Source: a virus. From it: DNA of 64,000 bases. Of the stretch, positions 29,129 through 39,078 are shown piece after piece (within the stretch, counting starts at the first letter, position 1; the number at the start of each line of letters is the position of its first letter). Below the pieces are notes generated by a model, which saw nothing but the letters and a program-made list of their open reading frames with translations, ran no database searches and was not told where the DNA came from. The translations under genes were made by a program, and so were the position numbers. The stretch lies in UHGV virus genome UHGV-1374671. One strand, given 5' to 3'.

Positions 29129-29992
29129 ATGGACGGTCAGATCACAGACATGCCGGTAAACGCGGTTCCTGGCCCTGTACAGCAGGGTTCAGGCTCCACC
29201 GTGTCAACACCCGTGTCGCCGGCTATCTCTCCTGTAAACGCCCCTGCTGTGCCCGCAAAACCGGATCCGCAGAAGGCATTTGCCGGAGCGACTTCCAACA
29301 TGCTCCGTGCCCAGCAGAAGTTCATCGCGGACGTGCTGACGGAGAAGCCGGTCACCATGTACCGGATGGACGACTATCCGACGATCCGGCGCACGTTGTT
29401 CGAGAATGTCAAGGAGGCCGTGTCCAAGCGTTTCCCGCTGTACAACGACAGGTATACGTTGGAGTTGGAGAACGTGGATTACGACGATCCGGAGGAACTG
29501 GACCTGCCGGAGCAGAAACAGGCGATTCTGGAAGGACGCTCCTGTTCCAGACGGCTGCGTGGCACCTGGGTGCTGCGCGACGCCGCCACCAACAAGGTGG
29601 TGGACAGATCCAAGCGCATGACCCTGATGAAAGTTCCGTACATGACGGATCGCGGTACTTTCATCCGCAATGGACACGAGTACACTTTCACCAACATCAT
29701 GCGCATGGAGCCAGGAGTCTACACCAAGCAGAAGGATGATGAGATCTCGGCCCAGTTCAACATCAAGAAGGGAACCGGGGCCGGCTTCAATATGCGTTTG
29801 ATCCCCAGTACCGGCATCTTTCAGATCAGTCGTGGCACCACGAATTGTCCGGCGTATGCTGTGCTGCATGATCTGGGCGTTTCTGACGAGCAGATGCAGA
29901 AGGCCTGGGGAGAGGAACTGTTCAAGAAGAACAAGGAAGCGGGTACGGGCGAGAAAGCGCGTATCGCAGCCAACAAGATATACAACATGTGA
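29129..29992 (+). CDS. hypothetical protein
   Basis: Complete ORF, weak RBS. No domain recognised. Confidence 0.45.
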   Translation: MDGQITDMPVNAVPGPVQQGSGSTVSTPVSPAISPVNAPAVPAKPDPQKAFAGATSNMLRAQQKFIADVLTEKPVTMYRMDDYPTIRRTLFENVKEAVSKRFPLYNDRYTLELENVDYDDPEELDLPEQKQAILEGRSCSRRLRGTWVLRDAATNKVVDRSKRMTLMKVPYMTDRGTFIRNGHEYTFTNIMRMEPGVYTKQKDDEISAQFNIKKGTGAGFNMRLIPSTGIFQISRGTTNCPAYAVLHDLGVSDEQMQKAWGEELFKKNKEAGTGEKARIAANKIYNM

Positions 29993-30022
29993 TCATAACC
30001 TATGAGCAAGGAAGGGTGTGGA

Positions 30023-31198
30023 ATGGAATACAACGAAGAACTTTGGGACGGTTCTGAGCTGAGCAAGGAGGCGGGCATCGGCCAGTGGCTCAAGAATACC
30101 ATGAGAGGGATTCGAGTTCGTGGCAAGCAGACTTGGCGCGGAACCAAGAAGCTCCCTGGCAAGGCTTGGCAGGGAACCAAAGCGATACCCGGCAAACTTA
30201 AAAATGAGTACAAGGATATGAGCACCGGCAAGAAGGTGCTTCTCGGTGGTTCAGTCGCCGGGTCGGCAGCTGTTGGCGGTGCCGGTATCATCGGCGCCAA
30301 TTCTTACTACAACAGTCAAATTGAGCACGAGAAGGAAAAGCAGAAACTTTTGGACGACCTGCGGCAGACCCAGAACAAGCCCATTGTGCAGCAAGCTACC
30401 AGTCGTAAAGTCGATAATGGAGCTGGATCTGGATCGAATCTTGTCGGAACCGGCATCGGAGCCGGTGTTGGTGGGTTGGCCGGATACGGTATCGGATCTG
30501 CGCTGTCCAAAGACAAGGCTGCCAGAATCCTGTCGGCACTTGTTGGAATGGGTGCCGGCGCGTACATCGGCAATCAGTACGGCAAGAAAGCCAGCGCCGG
30601 GCTTTCCACTCCGGAACGTATTATGTGCAAGATTGCAACGCGTGACGGAGCGGGACTTGGCACTTTGTCTACCCTGGTGCTGATGAGCAAGGCCGCTGCC
30701 GGGGAGCAGAACGCGGCTCCCAACATCTGGGATGCAATCCGTGAATGGGCCACGGCGGACAACTACAAGAATCTGAAACAGGTCGGTACCGGGTTGGGCA
30801 TCGGTCTCGGTACGTACGCACTGTCCGGACTGATTCCTGGCGCATCCAAGTCCCGTGGAGCACGGGCCTTGCTGGCAGGTGCCGCCGGTATTGGCGCCGG
30901 TATGTACGGGAACAAATTGGTGGATACGATTTCCGGATATCTGAATCAGAGACGCGCTGCCGGGACGCAAGGACAGCAGACACAGCAGACACAGCAGCCT
31001 CAGGCGCAGAAGCAGACACCTGCGAAACAAGTGCCTGCGAAACAAACTCCGGTGAAACAAACGCCTGCGAAACAGGTACAACAGCAGCCCGGGACGGGAT
31101 TGCCACAGCTCCAGTTCGATCCGATCCTTCAGGATTATCAGCAGCGTCTTGCGCCCGATATCTTCGGAGCGAGCGGTCCAAGTACGGTCCACGTGTGA
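30023..31198 (+). CDS. glycine-zipper membrane protein with Gln/Pro-rich tandem repeats
   Basis: The ATG at 30023 has GGAAGGG upstream. GIGAGVGGLAGYGIGSAL, GTGLGIGLGTYAL. Repeat TPAKQVPAKQTPVKQTPAKQ. Confidence 0.55.
   Translation: MEYNEELWDGSELSKEAGIGQWLKNTMRGIRVRGKQTWRGTKKLPGKAWQGTKAIPGKLKNEYKDMSTGKKVLLGGSVAGSAAVGGAGIIGANSYYNSQIEHEKEKQKLLDDLRQTQNKPIVQQATSRKVDNGAGSGSNLVGTGIGAGVGGLAGYGIGSALSKDKAARILSALVGMGAGAYIGNQYGKKASAGLSTPERIMCKIATRDGAGLGTLSTLVLMSKAAAGEQNAAPNIWDAIREWATADNYKNLKQVGTGLGIGLGTYALSGLIPGASKSRGARALLAGAAGIGAGMYGNKLVDTISGYLNQRRAAGTQGQQTQQTQQPQAQKQTPAKQVPAKQTPVKQTPAKQVQQQPGTGLPQLQFDPILQDYQQRLAPDIFGASGPSTVHV
30973..31077 (+). repeat. short tandem repeats (cagcagaca x3, then a 15-nt unit cctgcgaaacaa... 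x4)
   Basis: Read directly from the sequence. Confidence 0.6.
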
Positions 31199-31228
31199 AA
31201 TAACTCAAAACAAATAGGAGATGCCAAT

Positions 31229-32230
31229 ATGAAGTACACTGACATTTTGAATATGCAGCACGTGGACACCATGTCCAAGTTTGCAGGCCTTTTCGGCAAG
31301 GCTGTTAAAGGCGGTATTAAAGGGGCCCGTAAGGGTAAGGTCAAACCCAAAGCAATTGGACACATCACGCCCGGAGGACTTCTTTTGGTCGGGGGCGGTG
31401 CGGCATCGGTACCGGCTGCAAAGTGGGTGGCAGACAAGATGAACGAGGCCGGGCAGGTGATCGGTGACGCCTACTATGCCGAAGACAGGCAGAAAGCTGA
31501 GCAGAGCATCGCGCAGGCGGACAGACGGCTGCAGGCACATCAGCGCATTCTCGAACAGCAGCATAAACTGCGGGATATGGAAGCCAGCAGCGACGCCACC
31601 GCCGAGCAGATCGCCGCGCAGCGCGCGGAACTGCAGCGCATGCAGGATGAAGCTGCAAAAGCTACGGAGACTGCCAAGCTGATGCAGGAACAGGCTGCGA
31701 GAGATACGCAGATTGCCAACGAGCGTGCTGCGGGTTTTGATAAGGCACTGGAAGCCGAACGTAACAAGGCTGAGATGGAATCGGCTGAGCTGCTCGGTCG
31801 TATAGCCGATAAAGACAAGACGAATCGGATGCTCGCAACCGGCCTCGGGGCAGGCGCCGGTGGGCTGGTTGGTTATGGGATCGGTTCCGCTCTTACGAAT
31901 AAGCTGCCGTACCGTCTGCTCGCCGCCCTTGCGGGCGGCGCTGCCGGCGGCTTTGGTACCAACTATCTGTATAAGAAGTGGAACAACAACAAACAGGCCA
32001 GCGTTGCCCCGGCGGCGGCTGCGGTTCCGGCAGTGCCCGGCAAGTCGGCCTTCGGCAGTGCGAAGAACTGGCTGAAGAATCGGCGTGCCCTCAAGGAACC
32101 GGTTGCGGCTCCCAAGATCGTTCCCACCCAGCCGGACACCAACCAGGTGAAGTCGGCGTCTGCAGAGATGCCGCTGGCGCACCGCATTCTGCTCGGGCTT
32201 GCCATTAACGGTATGCCGAAGCCGGAATAA
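31229..32230 (+). CDS. coiled-coil plus glycine-zipper membrane protein
   Basis: SD AGGAGA. LATGLGAGAGGLVGYGIGSALT, ALAGGAAGGFGTNYLY. Confidence 0.55.
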   Translation: MKYTDILNMQHVDTMSKFAGLFGKAVKGGIKGARKGKVKPKAIGHITPGGLLLVGGGAASVPAAKWVADKMNEAGQVIGDAYYAEDRQKAEQSIAQADRRLQAHQRILEQQHKLRDMEASSDATAEQIAAQRAELQRMQDEAAKATETAKLMQEQAARDTQIANERAAGFDKALEAERNKAEMESAELLGRIADKDKTNRMLATGLGAGAGGLVGYGIGSALTNKLPYRLLAALAGGAAGGFGTNYLYKKWNNNKQASVAPAAAAVPAVPGKSAFGSAKNWLKNRRALKEPVAAPKIVPTQPDTNQVKSASAEMPLAHRILLGLAINGMPKPE

Positions 32231-32253
32231 ATTATACTCCAAGTATAAAATCG

Positions 32254-32284
32254 AAAGGAGCTCTTCGGGGCTCCTTTTTGTTTC
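32254..32284 (+). terminator. rho-independent terminator
   Basis: 8-bp stem AAAGGAGC / GCTCCTTT, 8-nt loop, then TTGTTT. Confidence 0.75.
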
Positions 32285-32324
32285 CACGCTGCGCCTATTT
32301 TAAAAAGAAACGACAGGGCTGACT

Positions 32325-35300
32325 ATGGAATCCGTAATCCCCGTTCATTATCATCAATTACCGCTCATCACCGGGACGGATATTGTCTACGAAGAGGCAC
32401 TCCCGCTCTGGGACATGAATGCCAAGCGTATCATAGTCGGAGACGGTGTAACGCCAGGAGGCGTACGCATCCCGAACTTCAATGACGACCTGTCCTATGT
32501 GCGCAAGTTCGTACTGGCCGATACTACGGCAGTGACCAAGGACTGGCTGATCTGCACCACTCAGCTTACCGTGAATCTTCCGGAGGATGCCACCGCCATG
32601 TCAGTGGTGCGTATCTCCACGCTGGCGGATGTGGAACCGGTTACGGTCAAGACAGGTGATACGGTGGTGCTGACACTTGGTTCCAGCACCACCGTGGAGC
32701 TGGTGTACGGAGACACCGGATGGGTTGTCACTGAGAACACCAGTGCGGCGGCGGACATGGGAGAATATCTTAAGCGCGAAGCTCTGATGCTGAACGGAGC
32801 AGCGGCCCAGCTGGTGTCCTTCAAGTCCATGACACAGTCCGCATATGACCTCATTACTCCTGTCATCGACGCAGTATATTTCATCAGAGACACCGGTAAA
32901 CTGATCTTCAACGGCGTCGTCTACGGCTCAGGAGGTGGTGGCGGTGGAGAGAGTGGCGTTTCCACGTATCTGTATGTGGCGTATGCGGCAGATGATACCG
33001 GAGCCGGGTTCTCGTTGATACCCACGGACGACCTTCCTTATCGTGCCGAGATTCATGTGCATGTCGAAATTCAGAACCCAACGCTGTCCGATTTCGCCGA
33101 TGCCGTGTGGATCAAGTACATCGCCACCGGTGGAGGCGGTGGAGAGGGAGGCGCGCCGCGCCAGGCCTTCACCAAGGACGACGTCACAGTGGAAGCCACC
33201 GGCGACGACCAGAACGCCGCTTATCTGACACTGTCTTCGATGTTCACGGTTGTCGGCATTCTGGACAACGAGGGAGTACAATGGAATCTGCCATCCCAGT
33301 CGGTCAAAAAGTTGGACAACTCCACTCGCGTGGACATATCTAGTGTGTTGGCTGACAAGGGGATAACTGCTGACAAAATTGTGGACATCTGGTATGTCCT
33401 TTTTGCTGCGTCAGAGAGTGGTGGGGGTACCGGAGGATCTGTTGCCTGGAGCGACGTTACAGGGAAGCCTTCCACATATCCTCCTGCTGCGCACACCCAC
33501 ACCATTTCCCAGGTGGATGGTTTGCAGACCGCGCTGGACAACGCCGGCAAGGTGAAGACAGTCAATGGCATTTCTCCGGATGACACCGGTAACATTACCA
33601 TTGAGACTGGCGGCACGGTGAAGACGGTCAACGGAATCTCTCCTGACGAGTCCGGCAATGTCATTATCGACACCGGATCCGATGTGGATGAGAATCGGCT
33701 GCTGCCCACTTCCGCCAATCACGAGGACATGCTGATTTTCGACGCCACCAGTACGGTCGGCGGAGGCAATGACGAAAGCACCAAGTTTCTGATTCAGATA
33801 CCGGCGGGTGGCAGTCTCATCACGGATACGGCAGCAGGCAATCAGGCTGCCGTGCCCATAGAGGACAACGGCGTTCAGGTCAACGCAGAAGGCGAGATGG
33901 TATTCAGCGGTTCCAATTACTTGAAGATCGCGGCTAATACGCTGCCTGCTGATCTGATGGGAACCGACATGGAGTTCACCATTGACATCCTGTACACTGC
34001 CGAGAGCAAGAGTATACAGTGCCTGTTTGGACGCGGGGACAGCCCCCGTATGGATTTCCTGTTGCGCAGCAGCGGTGTCATGGAGATCGGCGGCGGCCCC
34101 AATCTTGGAAGCGGCTGGCCTTTCAATACCCAGACGCTGCTTACCTTTGATTTGTGGAAGCTGGACAATACCTGGAATTATGCTGTGTACCGCAACGGTT
34201 CTGTTGTTACGACAGGCACCTGGGGGACGGCCAATTTCCGTGGATCTGACCTGTGGATCGGATGGGAAGGCAATACCAGTGGCCGAGAGATGACCGGTAA
34301 GATCAAGGCTTTCAGGCTTACCAACAAGGCGCTGTACAAAGGTGTATCGTTCTCTCCGAATTATCCGTGGAGTGTTCCTGTAAATGTCGGAGAATGGGGT
34401 ACTGTCAACAAGTCCGAGTTTGTGACCAAGGACAGCAACCGCCTGTTACCGGCAACAGATACGGTTCCGTCCGCCAACGTGAACAATCCAGTGATCTTCA
34501 AAGCAATCAGTCGGATTGACAAAACGTACTGGCTGTGTCTGCCTCTCAATGAGGATACGCTGGACAGGTCGAACTACGAGGTGCTTACGACTGTGGAGGG
34601 CACTGCTCCCATTGTAAGCAACGCACCCAGCACTCCCGGTGGTTCGATATACTTCAACGGAAGCTCCTGTTTGCATGGAGAGCTGCCGGCTGCGTTTGGT
34701 GTAGGCGATTTCACAGTCCGCATGTGGATGATGGCTCCTTCCATGACCAGTAGCACGTACCCCCGAACGCTTTTCTCCACGCGCAATGGCAATGCTACCA
34801 GCGGCTCCACCTTCGCGCTGCACTGTCAGCCGGACGGGAACCTGTTCATCTACTCCAACACTGACATCACTCCTCGGGACACTGCTCCGCTCAAGTTGCA
34901 AGCCGGTGTCTGGTACCACCTGGCTGTGGTACGTAAGAACGGTGTCATAACGATCTACGTCGACGGCCAGACATATGCGTCCGGCAATATGACCAACGGC
35001 CTGACCCGCCAGGTGTTCAGCATTGGCGCTTCCTGGGGTTACAGCAGTTACAACGAGGCAGGCACTGTGTACATCTCGTCGCTGGACGTGCTGAACTACG
35101 CAGCGTATGACGGTGAGTTTACAACTCCGACTTACCAGCCCGGAATTCTGGCCGGTGCTGGTTACGAAGTAGCGACGGACGACGAAGTCAAAAGCATGCT
35201 CAGCGTGGCAGGAATTGACGAATCGCGACTGCTGCCCGACCCGGCGGCGGTTTCGGCCAGTCTTGCCGGACACCCGGTGGTGTTCGACGTTCAGGAACTG

Positions 35301-37721
35301 GGAGGAACGGGGGATGCGAATACTCTCCTGCTGATGCATTTTGACGATGACACTGTTGATTATTCTCCGAATGCGCACAGCGCAACGAAAACCGGTGATG
35401 TGTCATTCCAGACCGGTAAGTTCGGAAAATGCTTGAAGTTTGCCTCCGCCTCCGGCGGTTCGTATTTGCAGATTCCAAGCTCAACAGCGTTCAATCTGGC
35501 CAACCGGTCTGCTTGGACATTTGATGTTTGGGTATACATCTCGCAGACGCCGGGGTACACTGCAATACTTGCACAACGACAGGCCAGCAGTCCGTGTTCC
35601 TATCAATTCTGTTTCAGCAGCGGTACTCGGAAACCGCAGTTGTACACGGGAAGTGCGTATGTAGCGACAGGAGAAGTGCCGTTGAATACATGGACGCATG
35701 TTGCCTTCACCTATCTGAACGGAACGTTGAAAATCTGGATCGGCGGTCAGCTGGATTCCACCTTTACAAATGTGTCGCTCACTGATTACGACCTGCCGAT
35801 TGAGATCGGATATCACTATTCCAGCACTGACGAGCAGTTCATCGGACTTCTGGACGAACTTCGTCTGAGTTCCTGCGACCGCACCGCCGACCCGACTGAT
35901 CCGATGTACTCCGCGGACGGAACCTCGTTCACGCCGCCCGCCAAGCCGTATGGGGTCACCTCAAACCGGTTCAAAGTTTCAGACGATGTATTGGTGAGCA
36001 GCGTCAATGACGTGAAGCCTGATGCAAAAGGAAACATCACGTTAGATGCGACAGACATTGTGGAAGAATCCAGACTGCTGCCCACATTGGATTCCGTGCC
36101 GGTCGACCGAAGTGGTAATCCGGTCGTGTTTGATTATCAGTCCGGCATTGACGCGGACACGCTTTGTCTGCTGCACCTGGACGACGCCTCCTGGACGGAC
36201 GCCACGGGAAAGAACACGGTGACGCAGAACGGAAGCGTTGCCAAGGTGTCCGCTAATGGGTACTTTGACAATGCCCTTGATCTCAGTGCCAACCTTAACT
36301 CCGGCAGCCTGAGCTGGTTGACGATCCCGTGGCTGGCAGAGTATGAGAACAGCACCTGGACAATGGAGTTTTTCGCCAAGCCCACCAAGGCTGTGGTGAA
36401 CTTCATGTTTTTCAGTTTCGGCAATTCTCAAGGTTCGTACTTGTCGCTGGGATCTCAGAGTCTTACGAACCTTTGGCTCGGCAACGGGTCTGGTACTTAT
36501 ACCGGTTCGATCAATATGCAGCTCAATACCTGGTACTGGTTTGTTGTGCAGTACGACGGCGCTGCTGTTAAGGTCTATGTGGATGGTACTCTGATTGTGC
36601 AGGGTAACTTCGAGCCGAATTACATTGGCCAGGATCTGCAGTTCGGTAATCTGAATCTGGTCAACAACCAAGACAATACCTTCATCGGGTACCTGGATGA
36701 GTTCCGCTGGTCGAAGGGGCTGCGATACCCCACTGGTGTGATGACCAGACCTGAGGAACCGTTTGGCACCCCTACTAAGAGCTACAAGGTGTCGGAAGCG
36801 GATCTGGTGTTTTCAGACAGCACCCGCCTACTGCCGGAGACTCCCGATAATGGTGCAATTCCGTGCTTCAACAGCACTCCGCCAGAGGGTGTCAATTATA
36901 ATGACTCTCATACTGTGATGCTTGTTCAGGGATCCACTACCAATATGGCACTGGGTACGAAGCTGCCGTTTATGGTGACTGGCACAGTCTCTGCGCAAGA
37001 GGACGGTTCTTTGCTATTTCCGTCAGGCAGTGATAAGCTGGTTACTACGAGTGCAGCGGAAGTAAAGAGGGTGTTCGGAGGCGAGTTCACAGTAGACGTC
37101 TATATGAAACCGACACAGTTTAATAACACAAGTAGACAGGACACTAACTTTTTCTACTTAACCGGGCCGTCTACGTATTACATCTATGGCAGTAACTATA
37201 ACGACTCCGGGAGCGCTGTACAGGATAGGTGGGGTGTTTGGGCCTACGCTGGGCAACGGGTTATTACGTTGCCCAATGCCGAGTATCATCATGCAGCGCT
37301 TGATGTGTACCTAGTGAGCGGTAGCAGGAAATACACCATCTACTATGACGGTGTTCCTGTGCTGACCGGTGACTGGTACACAGATGGGTTGGCAACGGCA
37401 GAAGAAACTACAGATGCGGTGATCACGTTCTTCGGGACTTCAGGTGAGGCCAGCCTTACCAATGCCTACGTGAAAGCGCTGCGTGTTTCAGATATCGCCA
37501 GGTACAAGGGAGTACAGTTTACACCGCCTGCTCATGGTACGTATGGCAACCCTCCTGCAGGCTATTGGGATACGATCAACAAATCCGAGTTTAAGGCGAC
37601 AAGGGTGCGCATTCTTTCTCGTGATCCCAGTACCAGACTGGCCGTAGTTCAGCCGCTGAGACTCCGCAATGGTGTATGGGAAACAGATCCGGATGCCCCT
37701 GAGAAAACTGTGAAATATTGA
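32325..37721 (+). CDS. giant fibre protein (1798 aa): N-terminal IGDGxTxGG module, domain shared with ORF 5213, Gly-rich linkers, five tandem LamG-like domains
   Basis: Five (D/E)xxRLLP linkers, each followed by a ~220-aa jelly-roll with the W.H.A...l.(I/V)(Y/W)(V/I)DG signature (e.g. WYHLAVVRKNGVITIYVDGQ). Full alignment evidence in the finding. Confidence 0.8.
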   Translation: MESVIPVHYHQLPLITGTDIVYEEALPLWDMNAKRIIVGDGVTPGGVRIPNFNDDLSYVRKFVLADTTAVTKDWLICTTQLTVNLPEDATAMSVVRISTLADVEPVTVKTGDTVVLTLGSSTTVELVYGDTGWVVTENTSAAADMGEYLKREALMLNGAAAQLVSFKSMTQSAYDLITPVIDAVYFIRDTGKLIFNGVVYGSGGGGGGESGVSTYLYVAYAADDTGAGFSLIPTDDLPYRAEIHVHVEIQNPTLSDFADAVWIKYIATGGGGGEGGAPRQAFTKDDVTVEATGDDQNAAYLTLSSMFTVVGILDNEGVQWNLPSQSVKKLDNSTRVDISSVLADKGITADKIVDIWYVLFAASESGGGTGGSVAWSDVTGKPSTYPPAAHTHTISQVDGLQTALDNAGKVKTVNGISPDDTGNITIETGGTVKTVNGISPDESGNVIIDTGSDVDENRLLPTSANHEDMLIFDATSTVGGGNDESTKFLIQIPAGGSLITDTAAGNQAAVPIEDNGVQVNAEGEMVFSGSNYLKIAANTLPADLMGTDMEFTIDILYTAESKSIQCLFGRGDSPRMDFLLRSSGVMEIGGGPNLGSGWPFNTQTLLTFDLWKLDNTWNYAVYRNGSVVTTGTWGTANFRGSDLWIGWEGNTSGREMTGKIKAFRLTNKALYKGVSFSPNYPWSVPVNVGEWGTVNKSEFVTKDSNRLLPATDTVPSANVNNPVIFKAISRIDKTYWLCLPLNEDTLDRSNYEVLTTVEGTAPIVSNAPSTPGGSIYFNGSSCLHGELPAAFGVGDFTVRMWMMAPSMTSSTYPRTLFSTRNGNATSGSTFALHCQPDGNLFIYSNTDITPRDTAPLKLQAGVWYHLAVVRKNGVITIYVDGQTYASGNMTNGLTRQVFSIGASWGYSSYNEAGTVYISSLDVLNYAAYDGEFTTPTYQPGILAGAGYEVATDDEVKSMLSVAGIDESRLLPDPAAVSASLAGHPVVFDVQELGGTGDANTLLLMHFDDDTVDYSPNAHSATKTGDVSFQTGKFGKCLKFASASGGSYLQIPSSTAFNLANRSAWTFDVWVYISQTPGYTAILAQRQASSPCSYQFCFSSGTRKPQLYTGSAYVATGEVPLNTWTHVAFTYLNGTLKIWIGGQLDSTFTNVSLTDYDLPIEIGYHYSSTDEQFIGLLDELRLSSCDRTADPTDPMYSADGTSFTPPAKPYGVTSNRFKVSDDVLVSSVNDVKPDAKGNITLDATDIVEESRLLPTLDSVPVDRSGNPVVFDYQSGIDADTLCLLHLDDASWTDATGKNTVTQNGSVAKVSANGYFDNALDLSANLNSGSLSWLTIPWLAEYENSTWTMEFFAKPTKAVVNFMFFSFGNSQGSYLSLGSQSLTNLWLGNGSGTYTGSINMQLNTWYWFVVQYDGAAVKVYVDGTLIVQGNFEPNYIGQDLQFGNLNLVNNQDNTFIGYLDEFRWSKGLRYPTGVMTRPEEPFGTPTKSYKVSEADLVFSDSTRLLPETPDNGAIPCFNSTPPEGVNYNDSHTVMLVQGSTTNMALGTKLPFMVTGTVSAQEDGSLLFPSGSDKLVTTSAAEVKRVFGGEFTVDVYMKPTQFNNTSRQDTNFFYLTGPSTYYIYGSNYNDSGSAVQDRWGVWAYAGQRVITLPNAEYHHAALDVYLVSGSRKYTIYYDGVPVLTGDWYTDGLATAEETTDAVITFFGTSGEASLTNAYVKALRVSDIARYKGVQFTPPAHGTYGNPPAGYWDTINKSEFKATRVRILSRDPSTRLAVVQPLRLRNGVWETDPDAPEKTVKY

Positions 37722-37731
37722 GGTACATACA

Positions 37732-39078
37732 ATGAGTTTGATAGGAAGAACGAGTACAGACGGTACCTCCAGTGCGGTTGTTCTGGATGACGGTACGCTT
37801 TGGGTTGTCGGTAATAATGGCTACGGACAGCTCGGCCTTGGCGACAAGACAACCCGCTCTGATTGGACCCAGGTAGGTACCGACACTGACTGGGCCAAGG
37901 TATACATGGGCGGAAGTAACCTCTTTGCGATTAAAACCGACGGTACCTTGTACGGGGCCGGGCGCAATGCGGCCGGTACACTTGGACTTGGAAGCGCGGA
38001 TGTAGAAGTCCTTACGTTAACCAAGATCACCAGTGCACCGAAGACACTGGATATCGCTGCATCCACTTTTCAGACTTTATTGTGCGGAATGGGTGGAGGG
38101 TCTGTACATGCTGCCGGAGACGCGAGTATGTATCTTGGATACAGCGATGTTACGGAAGGCAATGTTACCACTTTTGCGAAGACCCTGAGTGGCGCGTATA
38201 AGAACGTATTCATAGTCTTAAACAACAAGTTTGGATTGGAGTACCCGGGATCGCTGGAGGTTTGGGGTAACGGCAACAACGGGCAGCTCGGGAACGGTAG
38301 TACAACACCCATAGCGACACCGACAGCTTTCTTCAGTGACCTTACGTTTTCTGATATCAGTGCACAGACCGCCAGTATCAGTACGTTTTTGATCTTTGGT
38401 GTTACCACTGGTGGTGATCTGTATTACTGGGGTAAACAGAACACAGGTACCATTGCGTCTCCTACTTTCCTGATGAGCGGGGTGAAGGCTGCTGCCAATA
38501 GACATATCATCAAGACAGATGGCTCTTTGTGGGCTCAGGATGGCTCCGATAGCACAACGTTCAAACAAGTAGACCCGGGTCCCTGGACTGCCGTGCATGA
38601 CGGAGGTACCGCTGTCATACTGGAGAAAGAAGACGGCACTTTATGGGGGTACGGCTCCTCCAATACGGCATTAGGCCTCACAGAAGAAACTACGGTGCCG
38701 ACCCTGCTGCCTATCTCAACAGTACCTTCCGAGTATGGGATCATTGTCGGGGATTTGTTGGTATACACTGAAGGGGAAGATGACACAGAAAACAAGGACA
38801 ATGCTGTTTGGCATGTACTGAGCGATAGTCCGGCGATCGCATTGGACCGTGCCAACGGGGAGCTTCAGAAGGTCATACTGACGCAGGATTGCACTTTGAC
38901 TGCGCCAATCTTGACTAAAGACAGGTCCACGCTGCTGTTACAGGTAACCACATCATCGAACAGTACGCAAGTCATTGTCGGAGGCACCATTGTTGTGCAG
39001 GAGCTCGGTATTCACCAAATCGGCTGGTTCTTTGATGGTTCTACTACCCGTAGATATCCAACTGTGAAGGTGGTGTAA
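37732..39078 (+). CDS. RCC1-like beta-propeller repeat protein
   Basis: Repeats NGYGQLGLGD, AAGTLGLGS, NGQLGNGS. Confidence 0.65.
   Translation: MSLIGRTSTDGTSSAVVLDDGTLWVVGNNGYGQLGLGDKTTRSDWTQVGTDTDWAKVYMGGSNLFAIKTDGTLYGAGRNAAGTLGLGSADVEVLTLTKITSAPKTLDIAASTFQTLLCGMGGGSVHAAGDASMYLGYSDVTEGNVTTFAKTLSGAYKNVFIVLNNKFGLEYPGSLEVWGNGNNGQLGNGSTTPIATPTAFFSDLTFSDISAQTASISTFLIFGVTTGGDLYYWGKQNTGTIASPTFLMSGVKAAANRHIIKTDGSLWAQDGSDSTTFKQVDPGPWTAVHDGGTAVILEKEDGTLWGYGSSNTALGLTEETTVPTLLPISTVPSEYGIIVGDLLVYTEGEDDTENKDNAVWHVLSDSPAIALDRANGELQKVILTQDCTLTAPILTKDRSTLLLQVTTSSNSTQVIVGGTIVVQELGIHQIGWFFDGSTTRRYPTVKVV

Noticed and set aside
34446-36671. Minus-strand ORFs 34446-35378, 35481-35816 and 36042-36671
   Set aside because: Antisense to the giant LamG fibre gene.
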